This document shows positions 45,403 through 54,999 of a DNA stretch of 64,000 nucleotides, piece by piece. Each line of letters begins with the position of its first letter. Positions within the stretch are counted from its first letter, which is position 1. This DNA is from Deinococcus sp. (lineage in GTDB: Bacteria > Deinococcota > Deinococci > Deinococcales > Deinococcaceae): positions 1,568,001 through 1,632,000 of the forward strand of contig OZ253375.1 of NCBI GenBank assembly GCA_965261005.1, given 5' to 3'. The notes below the pieces were generated by a model. It was not told where the DNA came from and ran no database searches. It saw only the letters and a program-made list of their open reading frames with translations. Position numbers and translations under genes: made by a program.

Positions 45403-45942
45403 ATGGACGAACCCACACAACTTCCCACCCAAGTCAGGGACAAGTACTCGCCCCAGGACTGGTTCACGGTCATGAACGGCCCCGGCCGCGCCGGTCTGTA
45501 CGTGATCGCGGCCAGCCCCAGCGGCCTGACCGGCGTCTTCGCCGAGGCGGGCGCCATCGCGCGCACCCTTCAGGAGATGATGGCGGGCCAGCCGGAAACA
45601 CCGCTGATGCAGGCGATGACCGAGGCCTTTCAGGGCGCCCAGCCGGCCGAGTACGCCAACCAACAAAGCCGCGAGCGGGCAAGAAACCTAGAGGACGTCA
45701 AGGCCCAGGCGTATCAGGGCGTGCGCCAAGCCGCCTGGCTGGTGGGCGCCCAGATGGGTCCCGAGGACGTGGCCGCCTACAAAAGCTTGCTGCTGCGCGT
45801 CGCCGAGCGGGTGGCAGAGGCGGCCAGCGAGGGCGGCTTCCTCGGCATCGGCGGCGTGCAGGTCAGCGACGCGGAGAAAGAGGCGATAGGGGAGCTGAGG
45901 GAATTGCTGGGTCAGGGGGAGGCGCCCTTACACCGCCTGTAA
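45403..45942 (+). CDS. Hypothetical protein
   Basis: 179 aa with AERVAEAASEGGFLGIGGVQVSDAE. Its 3' end overlaps the orphan uvrD tail. Confidence 0.75.
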   Translation: MDEPTQLPTQVRDKYSPQDWFTVMNGPGRAGLYVIAASPSGLTGVFAEAGAIARTLQEMMAGQPETPLMQAMTEAFQGAQPAEYANQQSRERARNLEDVKAQAYQGVRQAAWLVGAQMGPEDVAAYKSLLLRVAERVAEAASEGGFLGIGGVQVSDAEKEAIGELRELLGQGEAPLHRL

Positions 45943-45989
45943 GTTGGCGAACTTCACCAGCAGCTTCTTCATGCCGGCGCCCTCGAAGC
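45928..45989 (-). repeat. Displaced duplicate of the uvrD 3' end (att-like direct repeat)
   Basis: 45941-45989 is identical to 48926-48974 (49 bp); 45932-45989 vs 48917-48974 match 57/58. Encodes FEGAGMKKLLVKFANLQAV*. Confidence 0.95.
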
Positions 45990-45997
45990 CAAGCGTG

Positions 45998-46579
45998 TTA
46001 CGGTTGCGCGGGTAAATTCGCAGCAATACGCCGCAGGGCGCCGAGCGTTTCGGCGATGATCTCGGACAGCCCGCGCTCATCGTCTTGACCCAGCCAACGG
46101 GTGATAGCCACCCTGACGACCGTCATGGCGATCTCGGCGGCCAGCGTGGAGGTCAGCTCGTCGGCGCCGCGACGGATGAACCCCTGCCGGATCGCCTCCG
46201 ACAGCGTGGCTAGTTTCTGGAGTTCACGCTCACGCAGCCCCGCGTCCGTCTGAACGATCGTGTGGCGTATTTGCAGATACTCGCGGCGACCTTCAAACAT
46301 CGCCTCCGCGAACGGTTGGAGGCCGTGGGCGATCACCGCCACCGGACCGAACGAAGCCGGGGCCTCGGCCATCAGCTTTTCAGCCAAGGCGGGCAGATCG
46401 TCTTCGCCCGCGAAGAGAACCTCGCGCTTGTCCGCAAAATGACGAAAAAATGTGCGGGTGGTCAGCCCAGCCCGAGCCGTGATCTGCGGCACCGTCGTCG
46501 CCGCGAAGCCCTGCTCCAGAAACAACTCCAGGGCCGCGCGCTCCAACCGTTCGCGCGCCCCCGACTGCCACCGACCCAT
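45998..46579 (-). CDS. TetR family regulator
   Basis: MGRWQSGARERLERAALELF..TTVPQITARAGLTTRTFFRHFADKREVLF. TATACT 6 nt before the ATG. Confidence 0.92.
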   Translation of the reverse strand: MGRWQSGARERLERAALELFLEQGFAATTVPQITARAGLTTRTFFRHFADKREVLFAGEDDLPALAEKLMAEAPASFGPVAVIAHGLQPFAEAMFEGRREYLQIRHTIVQTDAGLRERELQKLATLSEAIRQGFIRRGADELTSTLAAEIAMTVVRVAITRWLGQDDERGLSEIIAETLGALRRIAANLPAQP

Positions 46580-46596
46580 GCCAAAAGTATAGATGT

Positions 46597-46661
46597 TGAC
46601 ACGACGTGCCATTGGTGGTGTACCCTTACGACACGCAGTGTCATTACGACACGACGAGCGT
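46597..46661. promoter_or_regulatory. TetR-type operators GACAC-N3-GTGTC (three variants)
   Basis: TGACACgacGTGCCA at 46597, CGACACgcaGTGTCA at 46629 and CGACACgacGAGCGT at 46647, in the divergent gap. Confidence 0.7.
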
Positions 46662-46678
46662 ATGAATGGGGGACCGGG

Positions 46679-47752
46679 ATGAACAGGGATATCTGGGTGC
46701 TGGGCGCGACCGGCCGAACGGGGCGCGCGGTGGCGGCGCGGCTACACGGGGCGGGCCTTTCACTGGTTCTCGTCGGACGCAACCGCGAACGTCTCGCGGG
46801 CGTGGCCGCAGCTCTTGACGGCGCGCCGCGGCTGATGGTGGGTTCGCTCGACGCGGCGCTGGCCGAACTCTCGCAGAACGCCCCGGCCGTGGTCATCAAC
46901 ACCGTCGGCCCGTTCACCGGCACCGCCGTTAAGGTGGCGCGGGCTTGCCCGCCAGGCACCCACTACGTCGACGTGTCGAACGAGCTGCCGGCCGTCCAAG
47001 CGGTCCTGGCGCTCGACCAGGAGGCCAAGGACACGAACCGCACGTTCGTGACCGCCGCCGGCTTCGGCGTGCTGGCGACCGAGAGCGTGCTGCTGCGCCT
47101 GTGTGAAGGCCAGCCGCCGGCCGTGCGGGCGCGCGTGGACGCGATGGCGTCCGTCGCCACCGAAGCCGGCGTCATCGGTTCCGCCTTGGCGGCCACCATT
47201 GTGGAAAGCGCGGCGCTGGGCGGGCGGCAAGTCCGGCGAGGCCGTTTGGTGCCCGCCCCAGCCGCGGGGGAGCCAGTGCAGCTCACCACGCCCGACGGTG
47301 AGGTGATCGGCACGGCCAGCGGGGCCAGCGGCGAGTTGATCGCCGCGTGGCGGGCCAGCCGGGCCGACTCTGTCGTGGCGGCGTCCAGCCTGTTGCCGAC
47401 CAGCGCTTTGGTCAGGTTCGTCTTGCCCGTCGTGTCCGCCCTCGTTCGTCTGCCGGGCGTCGGCGGGTTCGCCGTCCGCAGGCTGGCCCGCCTTCCGCTG
47501 CGGGCACAGGACCGGCCCCGTCCCTTCTCGTGGGCGCATGCCCGCGCCGAGTGGCCCCACGGGGAGGTTCGGGAAGGCTGGCTGCGCATGGGCGACGCCA
47601 TGGACTTCACCGCCGGCGCCGTATCGGAAGTCGCGCGACGGCTGGCGCGAGGTGAGGGCCAGCCGGGCGCCTATACGCCGGGCGCGCTGTTCGGGCCGGA
47701 CCTCGCGGTTCAGGCGGGCGGCCAGTTCATCCCCGAGCACAAGAAAGGCTGA
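46679..47752 (+). CDS. Saccharopine dehydrogenase-like NADP-binding oxidoreductase
   Basis: VLGATGRTG, INTVGPF, HYVDVSNE, AAGFG, GAYTPGALFG. Confidence 0.85.
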   Translation: MNRDIWVLGATGRTGRAVAARLHGAGLSLVLVGRNRERLAGVAAALDGAPRLMVGSLDAALAELSQNAPAVVINTVGPFTGTAVKVARACPPGTHYVDVSNELPAVQAVLALDQEAKDTNRTFVTAAGFGVLATESVLLRLCEGQPPAVRARVDAMASVATEAGVIGSALAATIVESAALGGRQVRRGRLVPAPAAGEPVQLTTPDGEVIGTASGASGELIAAWRASRADSVVAASSLLPTSALVRFVLPVVSALVRLPGVGGFAVRRLARLPLRAQDRPRPFSWAHARAEWPHGEVREGWLRMGDAMDFTAGAVSEVARRLARGEGQPGAYTPGALFGPDLAVQAGGQFIPEHKKG

Positions 47753-47758
47753 CTGCGC

Positions 47759-48871
47759 ATGCCGACCAATACCGCCGCGTGGCTGCCAGCCAGGCAAGCC
47801 CAACTTGAGGTGAAACCCGCGCCCTACACCTCCCCGCGCGAAAACGAGATCGTCGTCGAGAACCGCGCCGTGGCCGTCAACCCCCTCGATTGGATTCTTC
47901 AGCTGACCGGCCACCTGATCTTTCCCTGGATCAAGTACCCGTTCATTCTCGGCGCGGACCTCGCGGGCGAGGTCGTCGAGGTCGGCACCGCCGTCACCCG
48001 CTTCAAGGTAGGCGACCGTGTGCTCGGGCACGCGGTGGGCACGGACAAGAAGCGCAACAGTTCGGCGGAGGGGGCCTTTCAGGTGTACACCGTCGTCCTC
48101 GCCCACTTGGCCGCCCCTATTCCCAGCAACATGTCATATGAGCACGCCAGCGTACTTCCCCTGGCCCTGTCCACCGCCGCCTGCGGCTTGTTCCAGAAAG
48201 ACCAGCTGGCGCTTGAGCATCCCTGCGCGAATCCCAAACCCACCGGAAAGACCCTGCTGATCTGGGGCGGCTCGACCAGCGTCGGCAACAACGCCATCCA
48301 ACTTGCCGTCGCGGCCGGCTACGAGGTCATCACGACGGCGTCCCCACGGAACTTCGACGCCGTCAAGGCGCTGGGGGCGACCCAGGTCTTCGACTACCAC
48401 GGCAAGACCGTCGTCAAAGACATCATCAAGGCGCTGAGGGGAAAGACCATTGCCGGGGCGCTCGCCATCGGCACGGGTTCGGCCGGGGCTTGTGTGGACA
48501 TCGTTCACGCCTGTGAGGGCAACACATTCGTCTCGACGGCCAGCACGCCCGTCTCGTTCGACGCCTTGCCCCAGCGACCGAGTGTACAGCTTCCCCTGCT
48601 CCTCCTTCAGCTGGTGTCGGCGACCGCGTCGCTGCAAGTAAAGACCCGAATGCGGGGCATTCGCACGAAGGCCATCTTCGGCAGCACCCTGATGAACAAC
48701 GAGGTCAGCACGGTCATCTACGAGGATTTCCTGCCTCAGGCCCTCGCGGACGGCCGCTACTGCGCCGCCCCGGAACCCCAGGTCATCGGCAAGGGTCTTG
48801 AGTCCGTCCAAGCCGGGTTGGACGCTCAAAAGCGGGGCATGTCCGCCAGGAAAGTGGTCGTCACTCTATAA
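47759..48871 (+). CDS. MDR family oxidoreductase (enoyl-reductase-like)
   Basis: AVAVNPLDW, ILGADLAGEV, LIWGGSTSVG, LGATQVFDY. Confidence 0.9.
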   Translation: MPTNTAAWLPARQAQLEVKPAPYTSPRENEIVVENRAVAVNPLDWILQLTGHLIFPWIKYPFILGADLAGEVVEVGTAVTRFKVGDRVLGHAVGTDKKRNSSAEGAFQVYTVVLAHLAAPIPSNMSYEHASVLPLALSTAACGLFQKDQLALEHPCANPKPTGKTLLIWGGSTSVGNNAIQLAVAAGYEVITTASPRNFDAVKALGATQVFDYHGKTVVKDIIKALRGKTIAGALAIGTGSAGACVDIVHACEGNTFVSTASTPVSFDALPQRPSVQLPLLLLQLVSATASLQVKTRMRGIRTKAIFGSTLMNNEVSTVIYEDFLPQALADGRYCAAPEPQVIGKGLESVQAGLDAQKRGMSARKVVVTL

Positions 48872-48909
48872 GCTCGCCTGCTCCGCGCAGTTGTCCCGAC
48901 GAGCCGTCC

Positions 48910-51114
48910 CTATGAAACCGCCTGCAAGTTGGCGAACTTCACCAGCAGCTTCTTCATGCCGGCGCCCTCGAAGCTGACCGTGACCTCCTGACGATCCCCA
49001 AAGCCGGACACGGCCAGCACCCGACCCTCGCCGAACTTGGGGTGCTTGACCTTTTCACCGCCCTTGTAAGCCATCTCGTCCGTCATGCTGGAGGTGTCCT
49101 TGCGGGCGCTGGGAGCGGTAGGCGCGCTGGGGCGGTACTGGCGCCAGGTGGACTTGCGGTAGTCCACGCTTTGGCCGAACTGGTCCACCGTCTCGAAGCC
49201 GCCCTCCAGTTCCTCCAGAAAGCGCGAGTCCTCGCTGGACACGGTCTTGCCGTAGGTCATGCGGTTCTGGGCGGCGGTCAGGGTCAGGCGGTCCATCGCG
49301 CGGGTGATGCCGACGTAGAAGAGGCGCCGCTCCTCCTCGATGCCGCCCGCCTCTAAGAGGCTGTTGCGGCTGGGCAGCAGCCCCTCCTCGGCGCCGACGA
49401 TGAAGACGGCCGGAAACTCCAGGCCCTTGGCGTTGTGCAAGGTCATCAGGGTGACGGCGTCCTCGGGCACGTCTCCCTGGCCGCGGCGGGTCTTGGCGTC
49501 GTCCACGCTGGCGAGCAGCGCCGCGTCGTCGAGGAAGTCGGCGATGGTCCCCTGATGCTCGGCCGACCACTCCTCGGCCGCTATGACCAGCTCCTCCAAA
49601 TTCTCCAGTCGGGCGGCGCCCTCGCTGCCCTCGCCGCGCAGCATGGCGACGTAGCCGGTCGCGTCCATCAGCAGGCGCAGAAACCCCTCGGGCGGGTAGG
49701 CCTCCACCCCTTCTGACAGCGAGGCCATCAGCTGGGCGAACTCGACCGCCTTGTTCGCGCCGCGCTCCAAAATCTCCTCGGCCTGGGCGCAGGCGTTCAG
49801 GATGCCGGCGTCGTTCTCGGCCGCCCACTCGGCCAGCCTCGCGAGGGCCGTGTCGCCAATGCCACGCCGGGGCCGGCCGATGATACGCCTGAGGGCCACG
49901 TCGTCGGTCGGGTTGATGGCGAGGCGGGCGTAGGCCAGGATGTCCTTGATCTCGCGCCGCTCGTAAAAGCCCACCCCGCCCACGATGCGCGCCGGGATGT
50001 TGACGCGCCGCAGCGACTCCTCCAGCACGCGCGACTGGGCGTTGGTGCGGTACAGGATGGCGATCTGGCGAAAGTCCAGGCCCTCAAAGCGCAAGCGGGT
50101 CACGCGCTCGGCCACGTAGTCCGCCTCGGCGCGGTGATCGGGGGCGCGGAAGAACTGCACCGCCTCGCCACCCTCTTTGACGGGGCGCAGGACTTTCTCC
50201 AAACGTTCGGTGTTGTTCTGAATGAGTTTGTTGGCGAGCGTGAGGACGCTGGCGCTCGATCTGTAATTTTCTTCGAGCCTATATACTTTCGCGTCCGGGT
50301 AATCTTTTTGAAAGTCGAGGATATTCTGAATGTCGGCACCTCGAAATCGGTAAATTGATTGATCGGGGTCGCCAACAACTAATAGGTTTCGGTCTCTGCT
50401 TGCTAATAGCTTCGTCAATTCATACTGCGCCCGGTTCGTGTCTTGATACTCGTCCACATGAATGAACCTGGCGCGGTCCTGAATCTTGTTGAGCACCGCC
50501 GGCACCTCCCGGAACAGCCGCACCGTCTCGCCGATCAAGTCGTTGAAGTCAATGGCGCCCACCCCGCGCAGCCGGGACTGGTAGCGGACGTAGCCTTCCA
50601 CCGCCGTCGCCTTGGGCAGGCCGGCCATGAAGTCCTCACCCTGGCGCTGCAAGTCCTCGGGGGTCCACATGTGGCTCTTGGCGCGGTCAATCACGGCGCG
50701 CAATTGGCGCGGGTTGGTGTCGGGGCCGGCGCCCGGCAAATTGCCCAGCACCTCTTTTAAGAGGTCGAGCTGGTCGTCGTCGTCGTAAATCACGAAGCCG
50801 CGCTTCAGGCCGATGTACTCGCCGTAGGCCCGCAGAATGCGCACGCCCGCCGAGTGAAAGGTGCTCATCCACAACCCCTCGGCGCCCGCGACGAGGTGGC
50901 TGGCGCGCTCGCGCATCTCGGCCGCCGCCTTGTTGGTAAAGGTGACAGCCAGAATCTCGCCTGGCAGGACGCCGTGACGCTCGATCAGGTGGGCGATCCT
51001 GTAGATCAGGGTGCGGGTCTTGCCGCTGCCCGCGCCGGCCACCACCAGGGCCGGCCCCTCAAAGTGCGCCGCCGCCTCGGCCTGGGCCGGGTTGAGTTGG
51101 GAAAGGAGGTCCAT
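48910..51114 (-). CDS. uvrD: ATP-dependent DNA helicase UvrD/PcrA
   Basis: AGAGSGKT, TFTNKAA, VDEYQDTN, VGDPDQSIY, LEENYRS, TLHNAKGLEF, EERRLFYVGITRA, C-terminal HPKFGEG. Confidence 0.96.
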   Translation of the reverse strand: MDLLSQLNPAQAEAAAHFEGPALVVAGAGSGKTRTLIYRIAHLIERHGVLPGEILAVTFTNKAAAEMRERASHLVAGAEGLWMSTFHSAGVRILRAYGEYIGLKRGFVIYDDDDQLDLLKEVLGNLPGAGPDTNPRQLRAVIDRAKSHMWTPEDLQRQGEDFMAGLPKATAVEGYVRYQSRLRGVGAIDFNDLIGETVRLFREVPAVLNKIQDRARFIHVDEYQDTNRAQYELTKLLASRDRNLLVVGDPDQSIYRFRGADIQNILDFQKDYPDAKVYRLEENYRSSASVLTLANKLIQNNTERLEKVLRPVKEGGEAVQFFRAPDHRAEADYVAERVTRLRFEGLDFRQIAILYRTNAQSRVLEESLRRVNIPARIVGGVGFYERREIKDILAYARLAINPTDDVALRRIIGRPRRGIGDTALARLAEWAAENDAGILNACAQAEEILERGANKAVEFAQLMASLSEGVEAYPPEGFLRLLMDATGYVAMLRGEGSEGAARLENLEELVIAAEEWSAEHQGTIADFLDDAALLASVDDAKTRRGQGDVPEDAVTLMTLHNAKGLEFPAVFIVGAEEGLLPSRNSLLEAGGIEEERRLFYVGITRAMDRLTLTAAQNRMTYGKTVSSEDSRFLEELEGGFETVDQFGQSVDYRKSTWRQYRPSAPTAPSARKDTSSMTDEMAYKGGEKVKHPKFGEGRVLAVSGFGDRQEVTVSFEGAGMKKLLVKFANLQAVS

Positions 51115-51143
51115 ACGGGGGGAGTCTAGCGCGGGGTAAGAAG

Positions 51144-51171
51144 GGCGCCCGGCCGAGGAGGGCCGGGCGCC
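51144..51171 (-). terminator. Terminator of the upstream lipoprotein gene
   Basis: GGCGCCCGGCC-N6-GGCCGGGCGCC followed by CTTCTT on the minus strand. Confidence 0.7.
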
Positions 51172-51189
51172 GATATGGAGTGTTTAAAA

Positions 51190-52602
51190 TTACTGCGGGT
51201 CGCTGACGCGCGAAACTGAGGATGAGGTCCATACCAAACCGGCGAGCTTGGCCGTTCGGCCGTAAGCCCGTAGGTCGTCGGGTGGCGGAATCACCTCCGC
51301 CTGAAGCCACAAGTAATCGCTCTGCCGGTTGACCGACCCGGTTGAGCCGTCCCAGTACAGCGTGTCGCTCGATTGGGGCGTCCACTCGGCCTTCCAGCCG
51401 GCCAGCGCCGGGAAATCGGGCAACTTGTATGTTGTGGCCTCTGCGAGCCAACCCCTAGAAAGCACGGTCGAGCTGTTGAAGTGCGAGGGAGACTGCGAAT
51501 CGTAGGCGTGAAGCATGATCACCGACGTTGGCGAGGCTTCCCATGACCAGCTCAACTGGTCCACGCCCGCAGCGGCCGTTCGCTGAAAGCCAAAAGGAAC
51601 GCTGTCGGGCAAGACGGCGGTGACGTCCTGAGGCTGCTGCACGAACGTCTGATAATGCACGGACTCACTTCCGTTGGCGCTTGCAGCGGCGCTCACGTTG
51701 ATTCTATGGAGTTCATTCGGCCACTGTTGAGCGCTGGGGACGAGGTTCAAGGGAACTTCCGACGTACCAAATTGATCTCGTTGGTGGAAGTCGGACAGCA
51801 CCAAGCCACCGTTGAAATCGGGGCCAAATTGTTCACCCACCCTGACGCTGGCTCCGGACACAGCTTGACCTGGAAGGTTCTTGACGGTAAGCGTCCGCCT
51901 CTCTAGATCAAAGCTCTGTGCGAGATCGAGGTCGAGGGTTGTGGGCTTGGTGATATTCACGTCGCGTTTGATCCACAAGCGGCCCGGCGAGCTATCCTCT
52001 GCCCCACTGCCCGAGTACACGCTGTAAATACCGGGGGTCACCTGCGTCTCGTATCGGCCGTCGCCCGAGCGGCCAAAAGAGAATTGGGTCAGCGCCGCGC
52101 TGTTACCAGCCTGAGCGCCGTACCCGACGGCCCCAACGCTCTGTCCCGCGCCGCCGATCACCGTGCCGGATAACGTCACCGTCGGCGCGTCCTTGGGCGG
52201 CGTTTGAAAGTCGTAGTAGCTGCCACAGTACGCGGCCGGGGCGGACACCTCCGCCAAGGTCAACTGGGCAATTCTCAACTGTGGAGAGTCGCCGGCGCAC
52301 ACGAACGCGAACCCGTAGCGGCCTTTCGGATCAGAAACTTCAAACGTGTAGCCTGATCCAGCGTCCTTGAGCGCCGTCCAGGGTCCGTTCCCATCCTGGT
52401 AGGCCGCGAAAATCAGCGTGCCGCCCACAGTGCTGCGTCCGAAGATGGGCAGTTTGACCTGCGTTGAGTTGGCCGGCGGCGCAGGGTGAACAGGCGTCGG
52501 AGGTACCGGGTCTGGCCCTCCAGTCACCGGCGACCCGACAGACCCGCCGCAAGACGCGAGCAGGACGGCCACGCTTACCAGCAACCACTGTCTAGGGAGC
52601 AT
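51190..52602 (-). CDS. Hypothetical lipoprotein, lower GC
   Basis: LLASC lipobox, Pro linker, AAYQDGNGPW...YGFAFVC. AAGGAG RBS. Confidence 0.8.
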   Translation of the reverse strand: MLPRQWLLVSVAVLLASCGGSVGSPVTGGPDPVPPTPVHPAPPANSTQVKLPIFGRSTVGGTLIFAAYQDGNGPWTALKDAGSGYTFEVSDPKGRYGFAFVCAGDSPQLRIAQLTLAEVSAPAAYCGSYYDFQTPPKDAPTVTLSGTVIGGAGQSVGAVGYGAQAGNSAALTQFSFGRSGDGRYETQVTPGIYSVYSGSGAEDSSPGRLWIKRDVNITKPTTLDLDLAQSFDLERRTLTVKNLPGQAVSGASVRVGEQFGPDFNGGLVLSDFHQRDQFGTSEVPLNLVPSAQQWPNELHRINVSAAASANGSESVHYQTFVQQPQDVTAVLPDSVPFGFQRTAAAGVDQLSWSWEASPTSVIMLHAYDSQSPSHFNSSTVLSRGWLAEATTYKLPDFPALAGWKAEWTPQSSDTLYWDGSTGSVNRQSDYLWLQAEVIPPPDDLRAYGRTAKLAGLVWTSSSVSRVSDPQ

Positions 52603-52730
52603 GTGTTCTCCTTAAATTTGAGCTAAGGAAGATTAGCAGACCACTCAGCTTGAAGTCCACACCCGTGCCAAGCACGCCGCCGAGGGCGTTGACCGTTTGG
52701 GAACCCTTGAGAAATAAGCCGATTATCCTT

Positions 52731-52758
52731 CTCATACGGATTCCGGAATCTGCATGAG
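52731..52758. repeat. 28-bp imperfect palindrome (possible MITE end or footprint)
   Basis: CTCATACGGATTCC|GGAATCTGCATGAG; related half-site CGAAATCCGTATGA at 45312-45325. Confidence 0.55.
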
Positions 52759-52831
52759 TTGGCCGGGCATGACTTTTTCGAGCAGGCCAGGCACGTCACA
52801 GCCAGCGCGGACCAAGCGCTAGACTGTTCCC

Positions 52832-53640
52832 GTGACCCGACGCCGGTCAACCCAGCGCCCCCTGCCCTGGCTCACCCTCTTGGTGATCGCCGCCGCGCTG
52901 CTGTGGTACCTATTCACCCAGGGGGGGCCGACCGTCACGAACGGCGCGGGCGCCTGTGGCGACAAGTTTGCCTACGCGCGGCCTGAAATCAACACCCCAG
53001 GCGCCACGACCTTTCTGTGTCGCCAAGGGTACGCCGTGCTACACGACGACACGCGCAAGGTGCCGCTTTACTCGGCCGAGCACTTGGAGGGCCGCGATTT
53101 GACCGGCGAGCAGGCGCGCACCGACAACTTTCAGGCCGACCCCGACTTGCCGCCGGGAGGGCGCGCCGAGCTGAACGACTACCGCCGCAGCGGTTTTGAT
53201 CGTGGCCACATGGCGCCCGCCGCCGACTTTTCCGGCAGCGCGAGCGAGATGGACCAGTCCTTTTTGCTGTCCAACATGGTGCCGCAAAACGGCGACCTCA
53301 ACCGCCACGTCTGGGCGGGCTTGGAGAGCGCCACCCGCGCCTGCGCCAAGACGCTCGGCGCCGTTCACGTGCTGACCGGCCCGATTTTTGACGACAAGGT
53401 GAAGGTTATCGGCCCGGACAGGGTGGAGGTGCCGGACATGCTCTACAAGATCGTGGTGGGGCCGCGCGGCAACTCGCGCGCCTTTTTGATGCCCAACAAA
53501 AGCTTGTCCAGCGACACCAGCTTCGCCCGCTACGAGGTGCCCATCGCCGAGGTCGAGCGCCTGAGCGGCATCACCTTTTTCCCCGGCAGCCCGCTGGACG
53601 TGAATAAAAAGGGCAACCTCTGTCCCGGCGCGTATGGCTT

Positions 53641-53644
<4 letters not shown>
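52832..53644 (+). CDS. DNA/RNA non-specific endonuclease (membrane-anchored or secreted)
   Basis: N-terminal TM segment, GFDRGHMAPAAD, SFLLSNMVPQ, LNRHVW..LE. Confidence 0.93.
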
Positions 53645-53937
<293 letters not shown>

Positions 53938-53981
53938 CCGGGGGCACCATGACCTTCACCCCGGCGCCCTAGACTTTCTCC

Positions 53982-54968
53982 ATGCTCGACAGCTTTCTCA
54001 AGATCGTGGGCGACTACGGCAACCCGGTGCCGCGCTTCACCGGCCAGCGCTGCATCGTGGAGCGCATGGCGGTGGGCGGCTGTGACTTGTGCCAGCAGAT
54101 CTGCCCGCACGACGCCGTGACCATCGGGCGCAGCGTCGAGATTTCGGACAAAGCCTGCACCGGCTGCGGCCTGTGCACCCAAGTCTGCCCGACCGGGGCG
54201 CTGGAATTCGACGTGACCGCCCAACTTTCGGCGGCGCGCGAGCAGGAAGAGGTCGCCACCCTGGTCTGTTCGCAGTCGAATGAGGCCGGCAAGACGCTGC
54301 CGTGCTTGGCGCGGGTGACGCCCAGCCTGATCGTGGCGGCGGGGGGCTGGGACAAGCCGCTGGAATTGGTGCGCGGCGACTGCGCGGCGTGCAGCGTCGG
54401 CGGGCCGGAGGTGCCGGCGGAGCTGGACCAGGTGATCGAGACCGGCCAGCGGTTGCGCGCGGCGACCGGACGGCCCGCCCGAGTGACGGTGCGCCTGGGC
54501 GAGGTGGGCCGGGGCCAAGCCGAGGCGGTCTCGCGCCGGGGCATGTTCGGGGCGGTGTTCCGTTCGGCGCGCAGCGTGGCGGCCGAATTGGTCCCCGAAA
54601 AGCCGCTGCCCTTCGTGGACTGGTCCGAACCGCAGGAGCGCGTGCCCCAGGAGTGGCTGTGGCGCCGCCGCGCCCTGCGCCCCCGGCCCGCGCCGGACAC
54701 GCCGGTCCATTGGCCCGCCCCGACGGTGGACGAGTCGTGCATCTTCTGCCCGGTGTGCGCCAACGTCTGTCCCACCGAGGCCATCACCCGCGAGGTGGGC
54801 GCCGATGGGAACATAGAGATTCGGCTCGACCTCGCCGCCTGCACGGGGTGCGGCGCCTGCGCCCGCTCTTGCCCGCCAGAGGCCATTCACATGCGGGGGG
54901 AGTGGCCTGAGGCGGCTTTTGACGAGATTCTGCTGCTGCGGGCCTCGGCGCCAGAGGACGGGGGATAG
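53982..54968 (+). CDS. Polyferredoxin (multiple 4Fe-4S)
   Basis: CDLCQQICP, CTGCGLCTQVCP, CIFCPVCANVCP, CTGCGACARSCP. Confidence 0.9.
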   Translation: MLDSFLKIVGDYGNPVPRFTGQRCIVERMAVGGCDLCQQICPHDAVTIGRSVEISDKACTGCGLCTQVCPTGALEFDVTAQLSAAREQEEVATLVCSQSNEAGKTLPCLARVTPSLIVAAGGWDKPLELVRGDCAACSVGGPEVPAELDQVIETGQRLRAATGRPARVTVRLGEVGRGQAEAVSRRGMFGAVFRSARSVAAELVPEKPLPFVDWSEPQERVPQEWLWRRRALRPRPAPDTPVHWPAPTVDESCIFCPVCANVCPTEAITREVGADGNIEIRLDLAACTGCGACARSCPPEAIHMRGEWPEAAFDEILLLRASAPEDGG

Positions 54969-54999
54969 GCAGGTCCGCCCCTCACGCTATGCTGGCGCC

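Larger units (their letters stand above)
45990..48916. mobile_element. Integrase-less three-gene islet inserted in the 3' end of uvrD
   Basis: Bounded by the duplicated uvrD tail; cargo is a TetR regulator and two oxidoreductases. Confidence 0.75.

Noticed and set aside
50261..50460. AT-rich uvrD patch as oriC, a dif site or a DGR variable region
   Set aside because: No DnaA boxes, no recognisable dif arms, no reverse transcriptase or template repeat in the window, and the protein motifs are intact.
51115..51190. RDRM (DdrO) box upstream of uvrD; also looked for upstream of recN
   Set aside because: No convincing 17-bp palindrome by eye. A matrix scan would be needed to exclude weak sites.
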